Assembly: GCA_963776225.1 (NCBI GenBank)
Contig: CAVZLL010000002.1
Coordinates: 151,585-215,584 of the forward strand
From: an uncultured Acidimicrobiaceae bacterium
GTDB lineage: Bacteria; Actinomycetota; Acidimicrobiia; Acidimicrobiales; RAAP-2
Direction of reading: 5' to 3'
DNA length: 64,000 nt
The notes under the pieces are model-generated. The model saw only the letters and a list, made by a program, of their open reading frames with translations, was not told the DNA's origin and made no database searches. Below are positions 18,547 to 29,818 of this stretch, piece after piece (positions within the stretch are counted from its first letter, which is position 1; each line of letters starts with the position of its first letter). A program made the translations under genes and the position numbers.

Positions 18547-19266
18547 ATGACGACTCACTGCACCGGCACCCGCGAGGAGTGGCTCGAGGCCCGGCTCGAG
18601 GTGCTCAACGCCGAGAAGGAGCTGACTCGGCTGAACGACGACATCGCCCAGAAGCGGAGGGCGCTCCCCTGGGTGCGCATCGACAAGGAGTACCGCTTCG
18701 ACACCGGGGAGGGCACCGCGACGCTCGCCGACTTGTTCCACGGTCGCTCGCAGCTGATCGTCTACCACTTCATGTTCGGGCCCGACTGGGAGGAAGGGTG
18801 CCCCAGCTGTTCCGGGGTCGCCGACGCCTTCGACGAGACCCACCTGCATATCCAGAACCACGACGTGGCGTTCACGGCGGTCTCCCGGGCCCCACTGGAC
18901 AAGCTCCTCGGCTACCGGGAGCGGATGGGTTGGAGCTTTCCCTGGGTGTCGTCAGCCCGGACCGACTTCAATTTCGACTTCAACGTCTCGTTCACGGAGG
19001 AGTCGGTCGCGCTCGGTGGCTCGTACAACTTCAGACCGCTCGAGGGCTGGCAGGTCGACCCCGAGAACCTGCCGTTCGAGGGTCCCGGGCTGAGCGCCTT
19101 CGCGCAGGAGGACGGTGTCGTGTACCACACCTACTCCGCCTACTCACGGGGCCTCGACGCACTCTGGAGCATGTGGCAGTGGCTGGATCGTGCACCGCTC
19201 GGTCGCAACGAAGGAGACACGTCCTGGTTCCGGCGTCACGACCAGTACGACGCCAGCTACCGGTGA
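18547..19266 (+). CDS. DUF899 thioredoxin-like protein
   Basis: AAGGAGGAGG RBS. EEWLEARLEVLNAEKELTR...LIVYHFMFGPDWEEGCPSCS is characteristic of DUF899. Confidence 0.85.
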   Translation: MTTHCTGTREEWLEARLEVLNAEKELTRLNDDIAQKRRALPWVRIDKEYRFDTGEGTATLADLFHGRSQLIVYHFMFGPDWEEGCPSCSGVADAFDETHLHIQNHDVAFTAVSRAPLDKLLGYRERMGWSFPWVSSARTDFNFDFNVSFTEESVALGGSYNFRPLEGWQVDPENLPFEGPGLSAFAQEDGVVYHTYSAYSRGLDALWSMWQWLDRAPLGRNEGDTSWFRRHDQYDASYR

Positions 19267-19282
19267 ACCCGGTGGCCCGGGG

Positions 19283-20590
19283 TCAGGTGCCCGGCACGCT
19301 CCCGGACAGCCACCGGCGGAGCAGGTCGAGCGCGGCGATGGTCGCGTAGCTCCGCACCCGGACGCGATCGCCCGGAAGGGTGAACCGCACCGTCTCGACC
19401 CGTCCGGATCTGGCCAGACCGACGAACACGGTCCCCGGAGGCTGGCCGTCCTGCTCGGTCGGCCCGGCCACCCCGGTGATCGAGAGTCCGACGTCGGCGC
19501 CGAGCACCCGGCGGGCCCCCTCGGCCATGGCGCGGGCGGCCTGCTCGCTGACCACCGGCCCCTCGGTCACGCCGAGGACCTCGAACTTGACCTCGGACGC
19601 ATAGCTCACCACCGCGCCCCGGAACCAGGCGCTCGCTCCGGGCACGTCGACCAGCCGGGACGCGGCGAGCCCGCCGGTGAGCGACTCGGCAAGGCCGAGG
19701 GTGAGGCCGTCCTTCAGGAGGGCCCGCGCCACCGCGTCCTCGATCGCGTCATCGTCGATGCCGAAGACGACATCGCCGGCCGCCGCGTGCAGGATCGAAC
19801 GGATGGCCGCCTCGTGACCGTCGAGGAGCGCTGCGGCGGACTCCCGGTCGGCCGCACGAACGGTGACCCGCACCTTGATCCCCTCGATCCCGCTGGCGAG
19901 GAACGCGATGGTCGCGCCGCCCGACGGCCCGTCCCGCGGATCGCCGTCGGTCGACGGCGGGTCGTCGAGGCCGGCGACATAGCCGGCGAGGGTCTCACCG
20001 AGGTTGGACTCGCTCATCCCCCAGGTGCGGATGACCCGGCTCGCGATGACTCCCGACAACTCACCGCGCTCCGACATCCGCCGGGCCAGATCGAGCGAGA
20101 CGGCCCGCTCGAACATGTCCGACATCTCGTAGGGGACGCCGGGCACCGCGTAGAGCACCTTGTGGCCGACCGGGCAGATCAGGCCCGGCGCGGTCCCGGT
20201 GGTCTGGGGGATGACCGTCGCCCCGGTGGGAACGTCGGCCTGGCGCAGGTTCGATTCCGACATGGCCCGCCCGCGGCTCGAGTACATGGCCTGCATCCTC
20301 GTGACCACCGACTCGTCCCGGACCAGGGGGACGTGCATCACCTCGGCGATCGCCTCCCGGGTGATGTCGTCCTGGGTCGGTCCGAGCCCTCCGCAGACGA
20401 TGACCCCGTCGCCCCGGGCGAGCGCGGTCCGGAGCGCGAGGACGATCCGGTCGTGATTGTCCCCGACGGCCTGGTGGAAGTGGGAGGTGACGCCGATGGC
20501 CGCGAGGTGCTCCCCGAGCCACTGCGAGTTGGTGTCGGCGATCTGCCCGAGGAGCAGCTCGGTGCCGACCGCCACGATCTCGACGCGCAC
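19283..20590 (-). CDS. cinA: CinA-family protein (MoCF-like domain plus nicotinamide-nucleotide amidase domain)
   Basis: MRVEIVAVGTELLLGQIADTNSQWL...GGLGPTQDDITREA, 435 aa. Confidence 0.9.
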   Translation of the reverse strand: MRVEIVAVGTELLLGQIADTNSQWLGEHLAAIGVTSHFHQAVGDNHDRIVLALRTALARGDGVIVCGGLGPTQDDITREAIAEVMHVPLVRDESVVTRMQAMYSSRGRAMSESNLRQADVPTGATVIPQTTGTAPGLICPVGHKVLYAVPGVPYEMSDMFERAVSLDLARRMSERGELSGVIASRVIRTWGMSESNLGETLAGYVAGLDDPPSTDGDPRDGPSGGATIAFLASGIEGIKVRVTVRAADRESAAALLDGHEAAIRSILHAAAGDVVFGIDDDAIEDAVARALLKDGLTLGLAESLTGGLAASRLVDVPGASAWFRGAVVSYASEVKFEVLGVTEGPVVSEQAARAMAEGARRVLGADVGLSITGVAGPTEQDGQPPGTVFVGLARSGRVETVRFTLPGDRVRVRSYATIAALDLLRRWLSGSVPGT

Positions 20591-20597
20591 GGGTCGC

Positions 20598-21278
20598 TCA
20601 GCCGGCGGAGCCGGGACCGTCGAGTGCCGCGGGAACCTGTCGGTCGGGGTGCTGCTCGCGGGTCGCCCGGGCCGCCCTCGCGGCGCGCCGGCCGTCCATG
20701 AGGTACTGCGCGCCGGTGAACAGGGTCATCGCGGTGGCCACCCAGATGGCCGCGTCGAGGAGGCGGGTGCGGCCGGCCAGTGGCGGGGCCAGGCACATCC
20801 CGATGGCGATGTCCTGGAGCAGGGTCTTGAGCTTGGCCGAGTTGCGGGCCGGCACCGAGACGCCGTGCCGGGCGACCACCGCCCGGTAGACGCTCATGGC
20901 GATCTCCCGGGCGGCGATCAGCGCCACCGGGAGCCACCAGACGATCCCCTTGGCCACGAGGGCGAACAGCGCGCCGAGCACCACCACCTTGTCGGCCAGC
21001 GGGTCGAGGAACGCTCCGGATCGGGTGGTCCCCTGCCGGCGGGCCAGCCACCCGTCGATGCCGTCGGACAGCGCCAGGAGCCCCCCGAGGAAGAAGGTGA
21101 TCCAGCTCGCCCCCCACACCATGATGAGGACGACGACCACCGGGGTGGCCAGCAGGCGCACCAGGGTGATCCCGTTCGCCGGGGTCAGGAGGGCCGAAGG
21201 TCCGAAGGTGGCGTCCCGACCGGCCGTCCCGGACGGGGCGCCGGCCGGGAGGCCCGGGGTGAGGGTCTCCCCGCTCAC
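20598..21278 (-). CDS. pgsA: CDP-diacylglycerol--glycerol-3-phosphate 3-phosphatidyltransferase
   Basis: CDP-alcohol phosphatidyltransferase motif DGIDGWLARRQGTTRSGAFLDPLADK. The GTG start overlaps the rimO TGA (GTGA). Confidence 0.9.
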   Translation of the reverse strand: MSGETLTPGLPAGAPSGTAGRDATFGPSALLTPANGITLVRLLATPVVVVLIMVWGASWITFFLGGLLALSDGIDGWLARRQGTTRSGAFLDPLADKVVVLGALFALVAKGIVWWLPVALIAAREIAMSVYRAVVARHGVSVPARNSAKLKTLLQDIAIGMCLAPPLAGRTRLLDAAIWVATAMTLFTGAQYLMDGRRAARAARATREQHPDRQVPAALDGPGSAG

Positions 21279-22645
21279 CGTGCGCCGCCGACGTCCACCG
21301 GGACCGGTTCGGCCACCAGGTCGGGCCCGTCCGCGCCGCACACGACCACGTCGGCGAAGCGACCCACCTCGAGATGGTCCGGCACCGCGACGATGCCGTC
21401 GATCTCGGGAGCCTCGCGGTACGAGCGGGCCTCGCCCGGGGCGTCCACCAGGACCTCGATCGAGGACCCGATCAGCTCCTCGCGCCTCGACGCGGTGATC
21501 GCGTCCTGGAGCTCGGTGCACTCGCCGATCCGTTCGGCGACCAGCTGCCCGGGGACCTGGTCGGAGAGGTCGGCGGCATGGGTTCCCGCCTCCTTGCTGA
21601 ACGGGAAGAACCCGACCCAGTCCAGCCGGGCCTCCACGATCCAGGCCAGGAGCTGGTCGTGGTCGCGTTCGGTCTCCCCCGGGTAGCCGACGATGAAGGA
21701 CGACCGGAAGGCCGCGGTGGGCTCGGCGGACCGGATCGAGCGGATCCGCTCGAGGAACCGCTCGCCGTCGCCCCAGCGGCGCATGCGGGCGAGGAGCGGT
21801 CGCGACACGTGCTGGAGGGAGAGGTCGAAGTACGGCACACCCGTGGCGAGCACGGCCTCGACCACCGCGCCGTCGAGGGCGGACGGGTAGAGGTAGAGGA
21901 GGCGGACCCACGGGACCCGCTCGGCGACCGCCGCCACCAGGTCGACGATGGGCCGACGCCTTCCCGCTGCGGATCGGTCCGGACGCGGTCGGGACTGCCC
22001 GGTCGAGCGGTCGAGCGCGAACGAGGCGAGGTCCTGGGCCACGAGGACCACTTCGGCGAGCGGCAACTCGCCCGTATCGAGCTGCTCGATCTCGTCGAGG
22101 ATCGAGCGCACGCTCCGCGAGCGCTGCCGTCCGCGGAACGAGGGGATGGCGCAGAAGCCGCAATTGCGGTCGCACCCCTCGGCCACCTTCACGTACGACC
22201 AGGGCGTCGCCGACGCCGGGCGGGGCAGGTTCAACAGGTCGAACGACGGGAGAGCGGGCCCGGCCGGTCCACCCGCGGCGGGAGCGGGGGCCTTGCGGCC
22301 GAGCACCACCGGCGTACTCCCGGCGGTGAGCGGCGTCCCGAACGGGGCGACCAGATCGACCTCGGGAAGTGCCCGGGCCAGCTCGCCGCCGTACCGCTCG
22401 GCCAGACAGCCGGTGACCACCAGACGCGCACCGGGGTGCCGGGCGTCGGCCAGCGAGAGGACGGTGTCGATCGACTCCCGCCTGGCGGCCTCGATGAAGG
22501 CGCAGGTGTTGACCACCACCAGGTCCGCCTCCTCGGGGGAGTCCGCCGCCTCGAATCCGTCCCCGGTGAGCGTGCCGACCAGCTTGTCCGAGTCCACCTG
22601 GTTCTTCGGGCAGCCCAACGTCTCGATCCAGTACCGCTCGGCCAC
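21275..22645 (-). CDS. rimO: ribosomal protein S12 methylthiotransferase RimO
   Basis: N-terminal LGCPKNQVDS, radical-SAM CDRNCGFCAIP, and a TRAM-like C-terminus. Confidence 0.95.
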   Translation of the reverse strand: MAERYWIETLGCPKNQVDSDKLVGTLTGDGFEAADSPEEADLVVVNTCAFIEAARRESIDTVLSLADARHPGARLVVTGCLAERYGGELARALPEVDLVAPFGTPLTAGSTPVVLGRKAPAPAAGGPAGPALPSFDLLNLPRPASATPWSYVKVAEGCDRNCGFCAIPSFRGRQRSRSVRSILDEIEQLDTGELPLAEVVLVAQDLASFALDRSTGQSRPRPDRSAAGRRRPIVDLVAAVAERVPWVRLLYLYPSALDGAVVEAVLATGVPYFDLSLQHVSRPLLARMRRWGDGERFLERIRSIRSAEPTAAFRSSFIVGYPGETERDHDQLLAWIVEARLDWVGFFPFSKEAGTHAADLSDQVPGQLVAERIGECTELQDAITASRREELIGSSIEVLVDAPGEARSYREAPEIDGIVAVPDHLEVGRFADVVVCGADGPDLVAEPVPVDVGGAR

Positions 22646-22794
22646 CAGGACAATCTACCGGCGGGACGGACCCGCCCCATGACGGCCCCGTGCCACCCCC
22701 CGGACGTGCGTTCCCGGGTGCCCGGGTCGGGGTGGTCACGCCACGGCCCGGCTGTGTCGCGGTGGGGGCGCCGGCGAATGCGGTCCCCCGCGAG

Positions 22795-22883
22795 CGGAGA
22801 GGGAGGGATTTGAACCCTCGGACCCGGTTACCCAGGTCAACTCATTAGCAGTGAGTCCGATTCGGCCGCTCTCGCACCTCTCC
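22795..22883 (-). tRNA. tRNA-Ser (anticodon GCU)
   Basis: Minus strand reads GGAGAGGTGCGAGAGCGGCCGAATCGGACTCACTGCTAATGAGTTGACCTGGGTAACCGGGTCCGAGGGTTCAAATCCCTCCCTCTCCG. It has a 7-bp acceptor stem, anticodon loop CTGCTAA, a long variable arm and a GGTTCAAATCC T-loop. No CCA is encoded. Confidence 0.9.
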
Positions 22884-22975
22884 GTGCCTGTTCACGACCA
22901 CGAGACGGGACGGGGACAGGGCTCGCCTAGCATACGGCAGCGGTGACCCTCACCTACGACCGAGTGACGGACGGC

Positions 22976-23248
22976 TCATTCGATCCAGGCGCAGAGCTCC
23001 GTGTCGTGATCGGTCGGCTGGATCAGGTGCCCGGTCGTGCTCGGGATGAGGGTCACCGAGTCGCCCGAGACCGCCTCGCAGATACGGACGTCCACGGGGC
23101 CACGATTGAAGATCACCCACAGGCTCCCCGCCTCCTTCGTCCCGATGCCGACCTCGCGGACCGAGACAGCGATCTCGTCGCTGAAATCGCCGGGGCCGGA
23201 TCGGGGGAGACAGCCGATGACGATCGAACCGACGATCTCTTGGCTCAT
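22976..23248 (-). CDS. hypothetical protein (90 aa)
   Basis: This is the tail of ORF 22976..25186, starting MSQEIVGSIVIGCLPRSGPGDFSDEIAVSVREVGIGTKEAGSLWVIFNRGPVDVRI. Composition is normal and GC is lower than the surroundings. The gene is divergent from groEL. No family recognised. Confidence 0.45.
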   Translation of the reverse strand: MSQEIVGSIVIGCLPRSGPGDFSDEIAVSVREVGIGTKEAGSLWVIFNRGPVDVRICEAVSGDSVTLIPSTTGHLIQPTDHDTELCAWIE

Positions 23249-23290
23249 CAGATTCTCCTCGCAGGAGCGACGCGGACAGCAGGAGGGTAG

Positions 23291-25159
<1,869 letters not shown>

Positions 25160-25184
25160 GGAGCACGCTGCAGCAAGCAGTGAC

Positions 25185-25219
25185 ACCGATGGGCGCCCCC
25201 GAGTGGGGCGCCCATCGGT
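25185..25219 (+). terminator. intrinsic terminator hairpin after groEL
   Basis: ACCGATGGGCGCCCC-cgagt-GGGGCGCCCATCGGT is a perfect 15-bp stem, followed by CTCTTCCC, a weak U-tract. Confidence 0.6.
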
Positions 25220-25233
25220 CTCTTCCCTACACT

Positions 25234-25956
25234 GTGGGCGTGCCCGATCCCCTGGTGCCTTCGGTCGGATGGGGAGTCCTCCATCTGTTCTGCAAACTCT
25301 CCGGCTCGGCCGGTCCCGGCGGGGAGCCGCGATCCGATCCGGCCGCGGTGCTCCAGGCGGTCAAGGACGCCGAGGCCGAGCACGTCCAGGTGGTCACCGT
25401 CGCGCTGCTCGGGCACAAGGCCGATCTCGGGGTCATGGCGCTCGGGGCGGACCTCTGGCGGCTGCGCCGTCTCCAGTCCGACCTCCAGGCGGCCGGCCTG
25501 TCGGTGGTCGGCTCGTACGTCTCCCTGACCGAGGTGTCCGAGTACGCGGCAGGGATCCCCGACGAGATGAAGCAGACGCGGCTCTACCCCGACCTCCCCC
25601 CTCCCGGGATGACCGCGTTCTGCTTCTACCCGATGTCCAAGCGGCGCGGGGAGACCACCGGCTCCAACTGGTTCTCCATGCCCTTCGAGGAGCGCAAGGC
25701 GCTCATGTACGGCCACGGCGCCGTGGGCCGGACCTTCGCCGGGCGCATCGTGCAGGTCATCACCGGGTCGACCGGGATCGACGACTGGGAATGGGGGGTC
25801 ACCCTCTTCGGGGTCCATCCCGACGACCTGAAGGAGTGCGTCTACACCATGCGGTTCGACGAGGGATCCGCCCGCTTCGCCGAGTTCGGGCCGTTCTTCA
25901 CCGGGATGGTCGCGCCGGTGGAGGACGTGCTGGCACAGATCGCTCCCGGGGGGTGA
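25234..25956 (+). CDS. hemQ: chlorite-dismutase-family coproheme decarboxylase (HemQ/ChdC)
   Basis: FYPMSKRRGETTGSNWFSMPFEERKALMYGHGAVGRTFAGRIVQVITGSTGIDDWEWGVTLF...MRFDEGSARFAEFGPFFTG. I placed the start after the groEL terminator (GTG at 25234 or 25240). Confidence 0.85.
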   Translation: MGVPDPLVPSVGWGVLHLFCKLSGSAGPGGEPRSDPAAVLQAVKDAEAEHVQVVTVALLGHKADLGVMALGADLWRLRRLQSDLQAAGLSVVGSYVSLTEVSEYAAGIPDEMKQTRLYPDLPPPGMTAFCFYPMSKRRGETTGSNWFSMPFEERKALMYGHGAVGRTFAGRIVQVITGSTGIDDWEWGVTLFGVHPDDLKECVYTMRFDEGSARFAEFGPFFTGMVAPVEDVLAQIAPGG

Positions 25957-26798
25957 GCCCGGTCCCCGCCGACCTCGAGCTGCTGCGCGCCGAGCTCCGC
26001 GGCCTCGGCCGGGTGGTGGTGGCCTTCAGCGGGGGTGCCGACTCGGCCTTCCTGGCCCGGGTGGCCACCGACGCGCTGGGCCGGGACCGCGCCCTCTGCG
26101 TGACCGCGGTGTCCCCCTCCCTCGCCCCCGAGGAGCTGGCCGACTGCCGGGCCCTCGCCGCCGAGTGGGGGCTCGCCCACCGCGAGGTGGCGACCGACGA
26201 GCTGGCCGACCCCTCGTACGCGGCCAACGACGGCAGCCGCTGCGCCCACTGCAAGTCGGCGCTGATGGCGGCCCTGGACCCGCTGACCGCGGCAGCGGGG
26301 GACGCCGGCGGCGAGGCGACGGTGGTGCTCGGGGTCAACCTCGACGATCTGGGGGACCACCGTCCCGGACAGGCGGCCGCCGCCGGGCGCGGTGCGGTGT
26401 TCCCTCTGGTCCGCGCCGGGTTCACCAAGGCCGACGTGCGGTCGTGGTCGCGCCGGCTCGGGCTCAGGACCTGGGACAAACCGGCCGCCGCCTGCCTCGC
26501 CTCCCGTGTGCCCTACGGTACGCCGGTGACCTTCTCCACCCTCGCCGCCGTCGCCCGGGCCGAGTCAGCGCTGCGCGCACTCGGCTTCCGTCAGCTCCGG
26601 GTCCGGCACTACGGCGACACCGCCCGCATCGAGCTCCCCGAGGAGGACCTGGCGGTCGCGGTGGCCCGGCGTGACGAGCTCACCGCCTCGGTGCACGGCG
26701 CCGGCTACCGGTACGTGACCCTCGATCTCGACGGCTTCCGCTCCGGGAACCTCAACGGGGCCCTCACCGCCGATGCCGGGTCCGGGAGCACCCGGTGA
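25953..26798 (+). CDS. larE: LarE-type ATP-dependent (sacrificial) sulfur transferase, PP-loop ATPase
   Basis: PP-loop AFSGGADS and the conserved AACLASRVPYG cysteine motif. The GTG overlaps the hemQ TGA (GTGA). Confidence 0.85.
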   Translation: MSPVPADLELLRAELRGLGRVVVAFSGGADSAFLARVATDALGRDRALCVTAVSPSLAPEELADCRALAAEWGLAHREVATDELADPSYAANDGSRCAHCKSALMAALDPLTAAAGDAGGEATVVLGVNLDDLGDHRPGQAAAAGRGAVFPLVRAGFTKADVRSWSRRLGLRTWDKPAAACLASRVPYGTPVTFSTLAAVARAESALRALGFRQLRVRHYGDTARIELPEEDLAVAVARRDELTASVHGAGYRYVTLDLDGFRSGNLNGALTADAGSGSTR

Positions 26799-27034
26799 TC
26801 GGGGTCCGGGTCAAGCTGACCTTCCCCGAGGAGCTGGTGCGCGAGCCGATCATCGCCCGGATGGTCACCGAGCTGCACGTCGTGCCCAACATCCGGCGGG
26901 CCGACGTCGGCGAGACCTCCGGGTGGATCATCTGCGAGCTCGACGGGGACGGTGCCGTCGTCGAGCGGGCTCTCGAATGGCTCCGGGCCGAGGGGGTCCA
27001 GGTCGACCTGCTCGGCGACGTGGTCGAGAGCTAG
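26795..27034 (+). CDS. stand-alone NIL-domain protein
   Basis: 79 aa, VRVKLTFPEELVREPIIARMVTELHVVPNIRRADV...GWIICELDG, which resembles the NIL domain of MetN C-termini. The GTG overlaps the larE TGA. Confidence 0.7.
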   Translation: MIGVRVKLTFPEELVREPIIARMVTELHVVPNIRRADVGETSGWIICELDGDGAVVERALEWLRAEGVQVDLLGDVVES

Positions 27035-27106
27035 GCCGGGCGCCGGCGGGCGATCGCCGGGGGCACCCACGCCGACCGGCCGCCGCACGGCGGGGACCCC
27101 GGCAGT

Positions 27107-27298
27107 TCAGGCGGGCCGGTCGTCCGGGTTCCGGATGGTCCAGCCCGCGCCCGAGACCTTGCGGGGCTCGTAGAAGAGACAGCCGTCGGGGCAGGCGAAC
27201 GGGATCTGCTCGTTGGCGCCCATGCGGCACTTCTCGAGCTTCTCCTCGTGGGACGTGGTCTGCATGATGTAGTGACGGCAGTCGGCGTGAACGGCCAT
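27107..27298 (-). CDS. small conserved Cys-rich protein (63 aa)
   Basis: This is the tail of ORF 27107..28522: MAVHADCRHYIMQTTSHEEKLEKCRMGANEQIPFACPDGCLFYEPRKVSGAGW. It has four Cys in a C..C..CxxxC arrangement. The rest of that ORF is shadow. Confidence 0.6.
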   Translation of the reverse strand: MAVHADCRHYIMQTTSHEEKLEKCRMGANEQIPFACPDGCLFYEPRKVSGAGWTIRNPDDRPA

Positions 27299-27355
27299 TC
27301 CCCATTCTGCCCGACGATGGACGCCCAGCGGGGGCAGTGCGGTAGCGTCGTCCCC

Positions 27356-28048
27356 GTGGACGCACCCTCCGAGAAGCAGCTGCTGCGCTGGAGCGAGACG
27401 CTGGCCGGCATCGCCCGGACCGGGCTCGGGTTCACCGAATCCCTCTACGAACGTGAGCGCTTCGAGGAGGTCCTGCACGTCGCGGCCGACATCCGCATGG
27501 CGCTCGACGACATCGACGGCGCCCAGGACGTGCACGGCATCGTCGAGGAGTGGCTCGACACGGTGGGTGCCGGGGTCCCCGGGTACGTCACCCCGAAGGT
27601 GGCCGTCGGTGCGGCGGTCGGGAACGACAAGGGTGAGATCCTGCTCGTGCGGCGGGCCGACTCGGGAGTGTGGCTCTACCCGACCGGTTGGGCAGACATC
27701 GGCTACTCGGCCGCAGAGGTCGTGGTCAAGGAGGTGCTCGAGGAGACCGGCATCGAGGCCGAGGTGGTCCGCCTGATCGCCGTCCTCGACGGGCTCCGCC
27801 TCGGGATCAGCCGGATCCCCCTCTACTCGCTGGTCTTCCAGTGCCGCGCAGTCGGCGGCGAGCTCCGGGCGCACCCGCTCGAGTGCTCCGACGTCGGCTG
27901 GTTCTCGCTCGACGAGCTCCCCTATCCGCTGGCCGGAGCCGAGCGGTGGGGTGCCCACGTGTTCGCCGCGCTGCGGGGCGATCCGATCGAGGTGCTCTAC
28001 GACCCGGTGCGCTCGCCGGTCTGGCGCGGGGATCCCAGCAAGGGATGA
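27356..28048 (+). CDS. NUDIX hydrolase with N-terminal helical extension
   Basis: Nudix box GWADIGYSAAEVVVKEVLEETGIEAE. GTG start is inferred. Confidence 0.85.
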   Translation: MDAPSEKQLLRWSETLAGIARTGLGFTESLYERERFEEVLHVAADIRMALDDIDGAQDVHGIVEEWLDTVGAGVPGYVTPKVAVGAAVGNDKGEILLVRRADSGVWLYPTGWADIGYSAAEVVVKEVLEETGIEAEVVRLIAVLDGLRLGISRIPLYSLVFQCRAVGGELRAHPLECSDVGWFSLDELPYPLAGAERWGAHVFAALRGDPIEVLYDPVRSPVWRGDPSKG

Positions 28049-28145
28049 GGCCGTCCGGTCCCGGCGGTCCGCGCAGACGTCGGCCGTGAACCGTCCGGTC
28101 GGCTCGTCGGTCGGCTCGCCCGTCGGCTCGCCCGCGTCGAGCGGG

Positions 28146-28592
28146 GTCGGGGTCGTGGTCGTGGTCGAGGAGGTCCTCCAGGTGACCCCCGAGCTGGTCG
28201 AGGCGTTCGGCCGGTTGATCCCCCAGCTCTCCTCGTCCTCTCCGCCGGCCGATCGCGACGAGCTGGCGGCGATCGTCTCCTCCGATGCCGGCTTCCTGTT
28301 CGTCGCCAGGGACGGCTCGGGCAGGATCGTCGGGACCCTGACCCTCGCGGTCTTCCGGATCCCGACCGGCGTCCGGGCCTGGATCGAGGACGTGGTGGTG
28401 GACGGAGCGGCCCGCGGCGCAGGCGCGGGTGCGGCGCTGGTCCGGGCCGCCCTCGAGCGGGCCGCGGCCCTCGGCGCGAAGACGGTCGACCTCACCTCAC
28501 GCCCGAGCCGCGAGGAGGCCAACCGGCTCTACCTGCGGATGGGCTTCGAGGCCCGCAGCACCAACGTGTACCGGTACGACCTCGGGGGGTGA
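28146..28592 (+). CDS. GNAT-family N-acetyltransferase (start uncertain, 28086-28152)
   Basis: Acetyl-CoA motif VVVDGAARGAGAGAALVRAALERAAALG and C-terminal EEANRLYLRMGF. Confidence 0.8.
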   Translation, partial: VGVVVVVEEVLQVTPELVEAFGRLIPQLSSSSPPADRDELAAIVSSDAGFLFVARDGSGRIVGTLTLAVFRIPTGVRAWIEDVVVDGAARGAGAGAALVRAALERAAALGAKTVDLTSRPSREEANRLYLRMGFEARSTNVYRYDLGG

Positions 28593-28645
28593 CCCGGGGC
28601 TCAGGGGCGGCTCGGTCGGTGCGGTCGCCGTTCGGACGAGCGGTG

Positions 28646-29065
28646 TCAGTCCGGCAGGATTCCCGTCGCGGAGGTGGCGGTGAAGACGGCGATGAGCCGC
28701 CGGTCGTCGACCATGGCCCGTCGGTAGGCCGCCCAGTCCTCGTGCTCACCGTTCCCGCGGCGGTAGTACTCGACCAGCAGATCGGCCACCGGACCGTCGG
28801 GCGTCGTGGCGACGTCGCTCAACTCGACCGTCCCGTCCAGGCTGACCCAGGTGTAGGCGTTGTCGCCGGGCACGTACAGCGCCGCCCTCGGGTCCCGCCG
28901 CAGGTTCCTCGTCTTGGCCCTGGTGTCGGTCAGCGAGATCGTGAACCGGTCGCCATCCGGGACGAAGAGGATCATGGACTGCTGGGGGCGGCCGTCCGCC
29001 CGGAGCGTGGTCAGGAGGCCGTGGTTCCTCCCGCCGGCGAAGCTGAGGGCGCGGGCAAGGTCCAT
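28646..29065 (-). CDS. PPOX-class probable F420-dependent enzyme
   Basis: NHGLLTTLRADGRPQQSMILFV...TRAKTRNLRRDPRAALYV is typical of the pyridoxamine-5-phosphate-oxidase-like F420 family. Confidence 0.85.
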   Translation of the reverse strand: MDLARALSFAGGRNHGLLTTLRADGRPQQSMILFVPDGDRFTISLTDTRAKTRNLRRDPRAALYVPGDNAYTWVSLDGTVELSDVATTPDGPVADLLVEYYRRGNGEHEDWAAYRRAMVDDRRLIAVFTATSATGILPD

Positions 29066-29091
29066 GTCGGCGACACTACCCGGCTCGGGGA

Positions 29092-29634
29092 TCAGCCGAT
29101 CTTGACCAGGTCCACGACGAAGATGAGCGTCTCGTCGGGCGCAATGCCCGATCCCGAAGGCGGACTCGCCCCGTAGGCGAGGGACGGCGGGATGATCAGC
29201 TCACGTCGGCCGCCGACCTTCATCCCGACCACTCCCTGGTCCCAGCCGGGGATCACCGCGCCCTCCCCGAGGTTGAACTGGAAGGGCTGGCCGTGGTCCC
29301 AGGATGCGTCGAACTGCTTCCCGGTCGAGTAGGCGACCCCCACGTACTGCACGGTCACGCTGTCGCCGGCCTTGGCCGCCGGGCCGGTGCCCACGATGAG
29401 ATCCTTGGATGCGAGCTGGGTCGGCGGAGGGCCGGGCGGAACGGTCACCGTCGGCTTGATGCCGAAGGTGCCGGCCGGAGAGGGGTCGGCGATCGCTGCG
29501 GTGGTCGTCGACGTCGTGGGCGGGGTGGTGCCCGGGCCGCTCGTGGTCGGACTCGAGGACGAGCTGCCGCATCCGGCCAGCCCGAGCACGCAGAGGGCCA
29601 GGAGCGGGATCGACCGGGTGCGCAGGCGGGTCAT
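29092..29634 (-). CDS. FKBP-type peptidyl-prolyl isomerase lipoprotein
   Basis: Lipobox LGLAGCGS, a Thr/Pro linker, and FKBP core VQYVGVAYSTGKQFDASWDHGQPFQFNLGEGAVIPGWDQGVVGMKVGGRRELIIPP. Confidence 0.9.
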   Translation of the reverse strand: MTRLRTRSIPLLALCVLGLAGCGSSSSSPTTSGPGTTPPTTSTTTAAIADPSPAGTFGIKPTVTVPPGPPPTQLASKDLIVGTGPAAKAGDSVTVQYVGVAYSTGKQFDASWDHGQPFQFNLGEGAVIPGWDQGVVGMKVGGRRELIIPPSLAYGASPPSGSGIAPDETLIFVVDLVKIG

Positions 29635-29818
29635 CTGAGGGTTCCTTTCGGGTCGGTGCGTCGTCCGGGGCCACCGCGTCCGGCCGTCCGGTTCGCCAGA
29701 CGGTAGCCGCGCCACGACGCCGACGGGTCGGCACCCGGGCGCCGCCCCCGCGTCGCCCGGGCGTCGCTCCGTCACACCCCCCCAGCCTTCCGTCACACCC
29801 CCCTGGAAGCATGGCCCC

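Noticed and set aside
28090-28140. 12-nt imperfect repeat GTCGGCTCG(T/C)C(G/C) x3 before or within the GNAT gene
   Set aside because: It is short, imperfect and low-complexity, encoding VGSSVGSPVGSP only if the upstream GTG is used. It probably lies in the untranslated or N-terminal linker region and I draw no functional inference.
29768-29803. Direct repeat TCCGTCACACCCCCC twice, 21 nt apart, upstream of the DUF222-HNH gene
   Set aside because: It could be a regulator site or an element end. With only two copies and no matching repeat downstream of the gene, I cannot support a mobile-element boundary.
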